A stretch of DNA of 64,000 nucleotides from Gemmatimonadaceae bacterium (GTDB taxonomy: Bacteria; Gemmatimonadota; Gemmatimonadetes; Gemmatimonadales; Gemmatimonadaceae): contig JBJMOW010000004.1 in the NCBI GenBank assembly GCA_045803545.1, positions 1 to 64,000 on the forward strand. The letters run 5' to 3'. Positions 1 through 12,675 of this stretch are shown here, piece after piece. The translations under genes were made by a program, and so were the position numbers. Under the pieces are notes generated by a model. It was not told the DNA's origin, ran no database searches, and saw only the letters and a list, made by a program, of their open reading frames with translations. Positions within the stretch are counted from its first letter, which is position 1; every line of letters begins with the position of its first letter.

Positions 1-177
1 ATCGCACTAGGCTTCGTCGCGGGCCTCGGCGGCGCGGTCGCACTCTGCGCTAAGCAGTTCGAACACTGCTACCCGTACACGACAATGTGGGCGTCGACCA
101 CCGCAGGCTTCGCCGTCGGCTGGCTCTTTCCGACGACGATGAGGCGAACGCTTTCGACGACCGTCGTCCCGCGCTAG
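1..177 (+). CDS. 3' end of a probable membrane protein (partial)
   Basis: Open frame from base 1 (IALGFVAGLGGAVAL...GFAVGWLFP) to TAG 175-177; hydrophobic segments. Confidence 0.45.
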   Translation: MALGFVAGLGGAVALCAKQFEHCYPYTTMWASTTAGFAVGWLFPTTMRRTLSTTVVPR

Positions 178-179
178 AA

Positions 180-214
180 GCGGGAAGCGGCAGGCGGGAG
201 GCGGGAGGCGGGAG
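180..214. repeat. G-rich heptamer tandem repeat (GCGGGAR)n
   Basis: gcgggaa gcggcag gcgggag gcgggag gcgggag. Confidence 0.85.
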
Positions 215-643
215 CTAAATTGGCTCGCAGACGTCCGAGACCAGCACTGAGGAGAGCAGAAGGCGCGAAGTGCTCGAGCTGGTGTCGTAGGAGCGATCAG
301 ACCGACCGCGGTAAAGCGTGGTCGTCGTTACCGTCACCTGCCAGCTATCAGAGAAAGTGCGCGCCCGACTGCCGGTCCTGAAGTCAGGCGGCGGTCCCGC
401 CAGGCAGCCGCTGTACTCGACGTGAGAGCTCGTCTCAGTGTACTGCTCCGTCGTAACGCAGGTGCTGGTGCCGCGATCAAAGCTGCAGCTGCCACCCTGA
501 TTGGGGGACGAGCTGGTAATGGCCGCATAGGTCGGCGAAGACGGAGCGAAAAGCCGCGTCGAATCCGCCGGAGCGGTCGCTGAGTCGCAGGCGACAACCA
601 GGGGGGTCAGCAGGACGTTAAGGACAAGAAAGCGCGCAGACAT
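215..643 (-). CDS. Hypothetical lipoprotein, Ser/Thr-rich with several Cys
   Basis: ATG 643 with GGAG upstream; lipobox-like LVVAC. Confidence 0.65.
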   Translation of the reverse strand: MSARFLVLNVLLTPLVVACDSATAPADSTRLFAPSSPTYAAITSSSPNQGGSCSFDRGTSTCVTTEQYTETSSHVEYSGCLAGPPPDFRTGSRARTFSDSWQVTVTTTTLYRGRSDRSYDTSSSTSRLLLSSVLVSDVCEPI

Positions 644-713
644 ATCGGTTCTCCACGAGGACGTCACGGATAAGCGCATCATCTGTTCCGACCGCGCCCT
701 ATCAATCCAACTG

Positions 714-800
714 CCCGCCTCCCGCCCCCCGCCCGGCGCCTCCCCCTCCCGCTTTCCGCTCCCGCCTCCCGCTTCCCGCTTCCCGCTTCCCGCTTCCCGC
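714..800. repeat. C-rich heptamer tandem repeat (CCCGCYT)n
   Basis: About 12 degenerate units ending in (cccgctt)x4; reverse complement of the 180-214 unit. Confidence 0.9.
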
Positions 801-802
801 TA

Positions 803-831
803 TTGTCCAATCACGGCTCCATAACTAACTT
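803..831 (+). promoter_or_regulatory. Putative sigma70 promoter for leader-gltBD
   Basis: TTGTCC (803-808), 17 nt, TAACTT (826-831). Confidence 0.45.
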
Positions 832-841
832 CTGCATAGTT

Positions 842-934
842 ATGCATCGCCACGCCCGCGCCTATCGACTTCTCATCATCAACGCGATTACCATCGCGGT
901 GACGGGAGAGGCTGCGCGCGGTCGAAGAAGCTGA
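842..934 (+). CDS. Putative attenuator leader peptide, Ile/Leu-rich, 30 aa (MHRHARAYRLLIINAITIAVTGEAARGRRS)
   Basis: Short ORF with clustered L,L,I,I,I,T,I,V,T codons overlapping an antiterminator arm, followed by a terminator upstream of gltB. Confidence 0.75.
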   Translation: MHRHARAYRLLIINAITIAVTGEAARGRRS

Positions 935-958
935 CGACAGACTTGTAGAATCGCGCGC

Positions 959-991
959 AGGGCCTCTCCCAAAAGGACGAGGCCCTTTTTT
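959..991 (+). terminator. Intrinsic terminator (attenuator) upstream of gltB
   Basis: AGGGCCTC 959-966 / GAGGCCCT 979-986, with T-run to 991. Confidence 0.8.
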
Positions 992-1031
992 CTTGCCTGG
1001 AATTCACCGGAGCATTGCTCCAGGGATTGCG

Positions 1032-5610
<4,579 letters not shown>

Positions 5611-5618
<8 letters not shown>

Positions 5619-7080
5619 TCCGAAAGCGTTCATCACACTGCGCAGGGCGACGCCGGACCGGCAGGCAATCGCGGAGCGCGTCCACCACTGGGGCGAGTTC
5701 TATCAACCGGTCGGCGAAGCGAAGGTGCGTACCCAGGCGGCGCGTTGCATGGATTGCGGCGTTCCTTTCTGCCAGGGTGACACCGGCTGCCCGGTGCAGA
5801 ACATCATTCCCGAGTGGAACAAGCTCGTCGAGCAGGGCGATTGGCGTGCAGCGTTCGAGTCTCTGCACTCTACCAACAACTTCCCAGAACTGACCGGCCG
5901 GCTCTGCCCTGCTCCTTGCGAATCCGCATGCGTACTCGGCGTCGTCAACGAGCCGGTGGCGATTCGACACATCGAACAGCAGATCGCTGATCGTGCATTT
6001 TCGGAAGGCTGGGTCCTCCCGCGCACGCCGCGTCGGTCGACGGGCTTCAGCGTCGCCGTTATCGGGTCAGGGCCAGCGGGTCTGGCCGCTGCGCAGCAGC
6101 TTCGCCGCGCCGGTCATCGCGTGGTGGTGTTCGAGAAGAACGAGCGGGTCGGCGGCCTGCTGCGGTTTGGAATTCCCGAGTTCAAGCTCGAGAAGTCGAT
6201 ACTCGATCTGCGACTCACCCAGCTCGAGGCAGAGGGAATTGCATTCGAGATTGGCGTCAACGTTGGTGAAGACATCACGGTCGAGAGGCTGCGTGCGCGG
6301 TTCGACGCAATCTGCATCGCAACCGGCGCCGAATCGCCGCGCGATTTGCCGGTTCCCGGACGTGAGCTCGCCGGAATCCATTTCGCAATGGATTTCCTTA
6401 CTGCCCAGAATCGGCGCTTGAACGGAATCCTGCCGATCAACGGTGACATCAACGCCCGCGATCGACATGTCGTGATTATCGGCGGCGGCGATACCGGCTC
6501 CGACTGCGCCGGCACCTGCATTCGTCAGGGGGCCAGGAGCGTTTCGCAGTTCGAGCTTCTGCCTCAGCCTCCGGCCGATCGCGCGCCGGCCACGCCCTGG
6601 CCCCTATGGCCGATGATGTTGCGCTCGTCGCACGCGCACGAGGAAGGTTGCGAGCGCGAATGGAGCATTGCCACCACATCGTTCTCCGGCGACAACGGAC
6701 GGGTCCAGCGGCTGCACACTGCGCGGGTCGAGACGAGAACGCTCGCCGATGGCCGCGTGGATTTCGCGCGCATTCCGGGCTCAGAAACTGAGATCGACGC
6801 CGATCTGGTGCTGCTCGCCATGGGCTTCACTGGCCCGGTAAAATCGCGCCTGCTGACTGAGCTTGCCGTAGAACTGGACTCACGTGGGAACATCAAGACC
6901 GACGGCTCGCATCGAACCACAGTCGATGGCGTGTTTGCCGCTGGTGATGCGCGGCGTGGTCAGTCGTTAATCGTGTGGGCGATTCGGGAAGGGCGGGACG
7001 CCGCCGATGCGATCAATAGCTACTTGACGCCACGCGCCATTTCGGCCCGCGTAGAAAAACCCGCGCTTCAGTCAGTTTAA
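5611..7080 (+). CDS. gltD: Glutamate synthase small subunit
   Basis: QAARCMDCGVPFC, GRLCPAPCE, GSGPAGL, GGGDTGSDC, FAAGD; overlaps gltB stop. Confidence 0.97.
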
Positions 7081-7501
7081 GACGTAGCGTATCCACTTCG
7101 CCGGCGTGAGCCGAGCGTATGTCGCCGATAGATTCGTAGCCGACCCGGCGCACGATCAAAGCGTAGTCACCTGGCGGGATGCGCGGCACTACAAACCCGC
7201 CGCGCATGTCCGTGATGATCGAGATGATTTTGCCGTCGCCCGGACGTCGAATCAGGATTTCGGTCGCACCGAGGGGCTGACCCGAATCTGAATTGACCAC
7301 GGTACCGACGAGCGCATGCATCGCCACCGAATTTGTATCGTGCGTCGCCGAATCCGCGTTATATGCCGGGATCGCGGCCACCATGTGCAGTGTGCCGAGG
7401 CCTGGCTCGGGCGTATACGTAACCATGCGCTCGCCTCTGTGGGGTACACAGGCGGTCGCCGCCAAAGCTGCCAGGACGATAGTGATAAAGCGCTGTTGCA
7501 T
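7013..7501 (-). CDS. Lipoprotein with carboxypeptidase-regulatory-like domain
   Basis: ATAC lipobox; GTVVNSDSGQPL..TD.RGGF...IPPGDY.L.VRRVGY. Confidence 0.75.
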   Translation of the reverse strand: MQQRFITIVLAALAATACVPHRGERMVTYTPEPGLGTLHMVAAIPAYNADSATHDTNSVAMHALVGTVVNSDSGQPLGATEILIRRPGDGKIISIITDMRGGFVVPRIPPGDYALIVRRVGYESIGDIRSAHAGEVDTLRLKLTEARVFLRGPKWRVASSSY

Positions 7502-7586
7502 ACCTGGCAGACGGAGCGAACTCGCAGCAGGTAACCGCAACAGGCGCGCATTTTGGCTGGCCCGGTGGAACAGCCTGCCTTAGCGC

Positions 7587-9908
7587 CTAAAGCCTGAACA
7601 AATAGCTGTATTTCGCGAAGAAATAATCCGCACTGCGACGTAACGGCTGCCAATTGAACCGATCGATCGGATTCGGATCTCCGTCCGCCCGACTCCCATA
7701 GCCGAGGAAGAACACTGTCCCCGGTGTCGGCTGATACGAGAACAGGTAGTCGCCGTGCACTGATCTCGAGCGTTCCGCCGAGGCTAAGGCCCCGTCGATG
7801 ACGAGCGGGTAGTCGGTTCGCGTCTCGTCGCGCAGATCATCGTGCTCGCTCAAGTCGTACTCGCCAACCAGTCGCATGAAAATCGCGCGCGTGATCTGGT
7901 ACTCGAACTTCAGTCGCGGGATCATATTGCGACCCACCAGCGAATGATCGCTCCGCCGCCAGTAATCCTGATAGTCGAACGTGCCCTCGACGCGCGCGCG
8001 ATCGCTCGGCCGAAATGCCAGCCCCAGCTGCACCAGATCGATGTCGGCCTGCGCCCATTCGAAGAAGTTTTCGTCCTGTCCGCCGACGTAGAGCAGATTG
8101 CCGTTGAACTTCTTCCACTGCGGTGTCGACAGCGAGAAAACGTAATCGTGATTGGTGATACGGGGCCGACCAGTGAACGGGATCAGTCCCGTCGGCGTTT
8201 GGATCTGATAGTCGGAATAGAGTTGCTGATCGAATCCGAACGTCTCCAGGTAATAGCCCGCACCGACCTGCCAGCCGCCGCGCAAACCGAGAGCACTGCT
8301 CCAGTGAATCTTTTTGTCCTGCGCGTCGCCGCGACGGAAGAAGTGCGAGTATTGCCATTGATCGTCGAGGGTGAAGTCGGCAGTGATCGTCTCGACGAGC
8401 GAGCCCGGCGCGTTGAATCTGGTGACACGATGATCGATGTCGGCGCGCACGACTCCCGGCCGCGAGATGAACCCGCTGCGTGCGCGAAAATCCTCGCCGA
8501 GTCCAGTGAAGGTGTAACGCGCGCCAAACTTTTTGCCGTCGCGAGCGAACACTGCGCCGAACAGCGGGGCGCGGAGCGTCACCCCAGCGGTGCGATCGAA
8601 ACTTCCTGCTCCCTGCAGACGCAGACTGTATGCGTCACCAAAGACCAGTCTGCTGTCGACATCGGCAACTCGATTGTAATCGTTGCCCACCACGCGGTCG
8701 GTGTATGCAATGCCAATCCGCGACTGGCCACCCAGATCCCGCTGCGCGCGAACGATGTTGAAGAAAGTCCGATCGCGACCGGTTGGTGACAGACTGCGAT
8801 CGTCAGCCGCTGAGAGCACACCAAGACTGTTTGCGCCGACTTTGCCCGTGAGCTTGAGCGCGACATCGGGCTGCACTATCCGTCGCGTGTAAATGAGGTT
8901 ACTCGGAGTATTGAACGCGTCGAGCCCTTCCAGGAAAAACGGCCGCTTCTCGGGGAAGAACAGCGCTTGCCTCGGATCGATCACGAACTGGCCAGCGTCG
9001 GATTCGACTTCCGCAAAATCTGGATTCACTGCCGCGTTCAGCGTCAGGGTGTTGGTGATTCCCCATTGGACCCGCCCGCCGAGCTGCGGCGAGCCGCGAT
9101 CGTAATTCCAGCCCGATGGACCGGACGCGCCAGTCACCTTTTGCGTGACCGAAGGGTTCACGTCCAGCACCAATCCGCGAGTCAACCCGGTCAAGCCGTC
9201 CAGCGAGCCCGACTGGGAGAGAAACGACGTGTTCGAGCGCTTTGCGGGCACCCACGAATCTTCGTAGCCCGAGTGCTGCACCTGGCGCACGACGTTGAGG
9301 TCCCAGCTCTGGACGTCCGCCGACTGATACTTGATACTCTTGAGCGGAATCTTCACTTCGATTTCGTAGCCGTAACCGGTCACCCGGCCCTTCGACGTGA
9401 AGACGAAATCCTGACTCAGATCCGGAGCGACTCGCCCGGAGAGGGTCGGCGTCCACGCCCCGGTCAGCTGTTGCCCCTGCTCGACGATCATCCCGTCCAT
9501 CTGCACGCCAAGGGGATTCACCGCGAACACATACGCCTGGCGATGGTCGTGGAATGTGCCGAGCAGGATCTGGACGTTGTCGTCGGCCGAGATCTTGTCG
9601 CGATCGGCCAGAGTTGCGTGCACACCGCCATGCGCTTCGAATGCACGAATGCCGAAATACACCGCCGTCGGCGAGTACCACACCAGCACCTGGGTCGAAT
9701 CAGCCGCCTCGATCCCATCATGCGGCGAGAACTGCGAGAACCCCGTGAGAACCGCTGCCTGTTGCCAAACCGGCTCGGTGAGCGCCCCGTCAATCGTCGC
9801 ATCCGCCTCGATGCGGGGCAGCTTGACGTTGATCTGATTCTGACGCCCGCTGTAAACGAGGATGGCCGCCGTACCAATACGGCTCCAGAGAACCAGGCTG
9901 GAAATCAT
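7587..9908 (-). CDS. DUF5916-type outer-membrane protein with CBM9-like N-domain
   Basis: IDGALTEPVW, FAVNPLGVQ, NPDFAEVESD, FPEKRPFFLEG, C-terminal KYSYLFRL. Confidence 0.8.
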   Translation of the reverse strand: MISSLVLWSRIGTAAILVYSGRQNQINVKLPRIEADATIDGALTEPVWQQAAVLTGFSQFSPHDGIEAADSTQVLVWYSPTAVYFGIRAFEAHGGVHATLADRDKISADDNVQILLGTFHDHRQAYVFAVNPLGVQMDGMIVEQGQQLTGAWTPTLSGRVAPDLSQDFVFTSKGRVTGYGYEIEVKIPLKSIKYQSADVQSWDLNVVRQVQHSGYEDSWVPAKRSNTSFLSQSGSLDGLTGLTRGLVLDVNPSVTQKVTGASGPSGWNYDRGSPQLGGRVQWGITNTLTLNAAVNPDFAEVESDAGQFVIDPRQALFFPEKRPFFLEGLDAFNTPSNLIYTRRIVQPDVALKLTGKVGANSLGVLSAADDRSLSPTGRDRTFFNIVRAQRDLGGQSRIGIAYTDRVVGNDYNRVADVDSRLVFGDAYSLRLQGAGSFDRTAGVTLRAPLFGAVFARDGKKFGARYTFTGLGEDFRARSGFISRPGVVRADIDHRVTRFNAPGSLVETITADFTLDDQWQYSHFFRRGDAQDKKIHWSSALGLRGGWQVGAGYYLETFGFDQQLYSDYQIQTPTGLIPFTGRPRITNHDYVFSLSTPQWKKFNGNLLYVGGQDENFFEWAQADIDLVQLGLAFRPSDRARVEGTFDYQDYWRRSDHSLVGRNMIPRLKFEYQITRAIFMRLVGEYDLSEHDDLRDETRTDYPLVIDGALASAERSRSVHGDYLFSYQPTPGTVFFLGYGSRADGDPNPIDRFNWQPLRRSADYFFAKYSYLFRL

Positions 9909-9943
9909 GGCTCCAAGATGGGAGACTTTCGCGGCGCGTAAAG

Positions 9944-10060
9944 AGGGAGGGGAGAGCGGGAGGCGGGAAGCGGGAGGGGATAGGCGAGGGGGGCGCGTCG
10001 GGACCGGGACGACGCAGCTTCCGCTTCCCGCTTCCCGCTTCCCGCCTCCCGCTTCCCGCC
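9944..10060. repeat. Inverted pair of heptamer arrays between divergent genes
   Basis: G-rich units ~9944-9995 and C-rich (ccgcttc)n ~10016-10060. Confidence 0.85.
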
Positions 10061-10089
10061 TTGACCCCCACCCAAACTCTTCCTATAGT
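10061..10089 (+). promoter_or_regulatory. sigma70 promoter, predicted leaderless start at ATG 10096
   Basis: TTGACC, 17 nt, TATAGT, 6 nt, ATG. Confidence 0.75.
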
Positions 10090-10095
10090 TGGCCC

Positions 10096-10167
10096 ATGGC
10101 CCGCCTCTACTTTACCGCGAACTACTTCTACGGATTCGATCGAACCCGGAGGCCGGCTCGCGCGTAG
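10096..10167 (+). CDS. Tyr/Phe-rich attenuator leader peptide, 23 aa (MARLYFTANYFYGFDRTRRPARA)
   Basis: 3 Tyr + 3 Phe codons within residues 5-14, upstream of a Phe-pathway gene, with terminator and antiterminator. Confidence 0.88.
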   Translation: MARLYFTANYFYGFDRTRRPARA

Positions 10168-10197
10168 TAGACTGATCCAGTCACACTCGACCACTCG

Positions 10198-10227
10198 GCC
10201 TCCGCAACGCGGGGGCTTTTTGTTTTT
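10198..10227 (+). terminator. Intrinsic terminator (attenuator)
   Basis: GCCTCCGC-aac-GCGGGGGC followed by TTTTTGTTTTT. Confidence 0.85.
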
Positions 10228-10269
10228 AAGACCTCGCACGGCCAGCTCTTCACCTCAATACCGGATACG

Positions 10270-11271
10270 ATGTTGAAATCAAAAAGAGTCAGTCCAGCCA
10301 AACCTCGCTTGAACGGCGCCGATCGCCCTCGCGCGGGAGCGACGCTCACCCGGGTCGCATTTCAGGGCGACCGCGGCGCCTACGGTGAGGCCGCGATCGG
10401 GCAGATCTGGCGACACCCGGTGGAAGTGATCCCGTATCCGACATTCATCGCCACCGCGCGCGCGGTCGAGGACGGCGAGGCCGACGCGTGCGTGATTCCG
10501 GTCGAGAACTCCATTGTCGGGACAGTCGACGCGGGCTGGCAGGCACTTAATTCGCATCCCGGGTTGCGCAATGTCGCTGAAGTCTCGGTCTCGGTCGGTT
10601 GTTGTCTAATGGCGCCGCGCGGCGCGACACTCGAGGGATTGCGCACCGCCGCCAGCCACCCCGTCGCACTCGCGCAGTGCACTCGATTCTTCGAGCAACA
10701 TTCGTGGATCAAATCGACGAAGGCGTTCGACACCGCCGGGGCTGCGCGTGAAGTCGCCGAACGCGGCGATGCAACCCAGGCGGCGATTGCGAGTCGTGCG
10801 GCCGCCGAGCGCTACGGCCTGGCCGTGCTCGGAGAAGGAATTCAGGACGAGCGGGACAACTACACCAGGTTCGTGGCGGCGGTTTCGAACGAATCGAGAC
10901 TTTGGCGCCGCACCCATGCCGTCCGCGGCGCGACGAGCGTGGAGCAGGACGATCCACGCCACATCTATGACGCCACGCGCGAGCTGCTCGGATCAATCGT
11001 CGAGCGCAACTGGCTCGACGTCGACGAGATCATCTCCGTCTGGTTCACCGTCACCCCCGATCTCACTTCTGCGTTCCCCGCCCTCGCCGCGCGCGAGATT
11101 GGATGGGTGGACGTTCCTTTGCTTTGCGCCAGTGAGATTCCAGTCGCCGAGGCGATGCCGCGTATTATCCGAGTGCTGATGGAAATCGAGCCCCGCGCGC
11201 CCCGCAGATTGGAGAATCATGTTTATTTGCGCGATGCGGTTGCGCTGAGGCCTGATTTGCACGACAAATAG
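10270..11271 (+). CDS. pheA: Prephenate dehydratase fused to AroH-type chorismate mutase
   Basis: PDT motifs VAFQG..GAYG, PVENS, SHPVALAQC, NYTRF; then AroH motifs AVRGAT, FTVTPDL..AFPA, HVYL...ALRPDL. Confidence 0.9.
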   Translation: MLKSKRVSPAKPRLNGADRPRAGATLTRVAFQGDRGAYGEAAIGQIWRHPVEVIPYPTFIATARAVEDGEADACVIPVENSIVGTVDAGWQALNSHPGLRNVAEVSVSVGCCLMAPRGATLEGLRTAASHPVALAQCTRFFEQHSWIKSTKAFDTAGAAREVAERGDATQAAIASRAAAERYGLAVLGEGIQDERDNYTRFVAAVSNESRLWRRTHAVRGATSVEQDDPRHIYDATRELLGSIVERNWLDVDEIISVWFTVTPDLTSAFPALAAREIGWVDVPLLCASEIPVAEAMPRIIRVLMEIEPRAPRRLENHVYLRDAVALRPDLHDK

Positions 11272-11273
11272 GC

Positions 11274-12497
11274 GTGCAAAATCGCGACAATTCGCAGGTA
11301 CTGGTGGCTGGTGGAGGCCCGGCGGGAATGATGCTGGGCTTTCTTCTCGCGCGCTCCGGTATTTCCGTTCGTGTGCTCGAGAAACATGCCGATTTCTTTC
11401 GCGACTTTCGCGGCGACACCGTTCACCCATCCACCCTCGAGGTTCTCGACGAGCTCGGCATACTCGACGACTTCCTCAAGCTGCCGCACCAGGAAGTCCG
11501 CCAACTGAGCGGACAAATCGGCGATACCAGTCTCACGCTCGCTGATTTCACGCATCTGCCAACGCGCGCCAAGTTCATCGCGTTCATGCCCCAGTGGGAT
11601 TTTTTGAACTTCATCGCCGAGCGCGCGCGAGTGTACCCCGCGTTCTCGCTCCAGATGGAGACGGAAGTAACCAGCCTGTGCTTCAAGGGTGACCGCGTCG
11701 TCGGAGCGCGAACGAAAACGCCAATCAGCGTAAGCGACATCTACGCGGAACTGGTTGTGGGCGCCGACGGCCGAACATCGACGGTCCGCGAGTCGGCGGC
11801 CTTGGAGTCGATCGATTTTGGCGCGCCGATGGACGTGCTGTGGATGGTGATTCCGCGCCAGCAAAGCGATCCATCTCAGCTACTGGGCAGGCTCGATTAC
11901 GGCCAGATCTTCGTTCTCATAGATCGCGGCGATTACTGGCAGGCGGGACTCGTCGTGCGCAAAGGTGCATACGATGAGATCCGTGCGCGCGGTCTGCCTG
12001 CTCTGCGCGAGGATATCAGCAGGCTCGCCCCATTCCTCGGCGACCGCGTCAACGCTCTCGAATCCTGGGACGACATCAAGCTGTTGACGGTGCAAGTCGA
12101 TCGACTGAAGCAGTGGTACCGCGAGGGCTGCCTGTGCATCGGCGATGCTGCACACGCGATGTCGCCCGTCGCGGGCGTCGGAATCAACCTCGCCATCCAG
12201 GACGCGGTTGCTGCCGCAAACTTTCTGGTTCCGGCTTTGAGGAACGGTGGCAAAATCACCAATGACGTTCTGCGGCAAATCCAGAAGCGACGCGAAATGC
12301 CGACACGCGTGGTTCAGCGCGCGCAGCTGCTGATTCAAAACTCAATCATCACTCGAGTACTCGCGCGAGCCGGCCAACGCATGCGAGCGCCCTGGATTAT
12401 TCGGCTGCTGGGCTCGTCCGATCTGTTGCGGCGGATTCCCGCGCGCCTCGTCGGCCTCGGCTTCCGCCGCGAGCACGTTCACACTATTCCTGCGTAA
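11274..12497 (+). CDS. FAD-dependent oxidoreductase (UbiH/monooxygenase family)
   Basis: GGGPAG, RDFRGD, GADG, IGDAAHAMSPVAGVGINLAIQDA. Confidence 0.9.
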   Translation: MQNRDNSQVLVAGGGPAGMMLGFLLARSGISVRVLEKHADFFRDFRGDTVHPSTLEVLDELGILDDFLKLPHQEVRQLSGQIGDTSLTLADFTHLPTRAKFIAFMPQWDFLNFIAERARVYPAFSLQMETEVTSLCFKGDRVVGARTKTPISVSDIYAELVVGADGRTSTVRESAALESIDFGAPMDVLWMVIPRQQSDPSQLLGRLDYGQIFVLIDRGDYWQAGLVVRKGAYDEIRARGLPALREDISRLAPFLGDRVNALESWDDIKLLTVQVDRLKQWYREGCLCIGDAAHAMSPVAGVGINLAIQDAVAAANFLVPALRNGGKITNDVLRQIQKRREMPTRVVQRAQLLIQNSIITRVLARAGQRMRAPWIIRLLGSSDLLRRIPARLVGLGFRREHVHTIPA

Positions 12498-12576
12498 CGT
12501 GGAGGTTCAGGGTATCACCTGTGCTCAGGTGCGCCCTATGCTGCGTATAATGGATCAATAAGACACTGGTCTCATC

Positions 12577-12661
12577 CCGCAGCTAGCCCGCAACCCGCAA
12601 CTAGCTCGCAACCCGCAACTAGCTCGCAACTCGGACTGATCCGTTAGCTCGCAGCTCGCAA
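12577..12661. repeat. 18-bp (11+7) tandem repeat with CGGACTGATCCG tail
   Basis: (YCGCARCTAGC YCGCAAC)x3 then tcggactgatccgttagctc. Confidence 0.8.
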
Positions 12662-12675
12662 TCAAAAATTGAACG

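Noticed and set aside
9790..10239. ORFs reading through repeat and regulatory regions (9790-10239, 9862-10167 upstream part, 12555-12773, 46207-46425)
   Set aside because: Translations of heptamer or 18-mer repeats; only the 10096-10167 leader is supported
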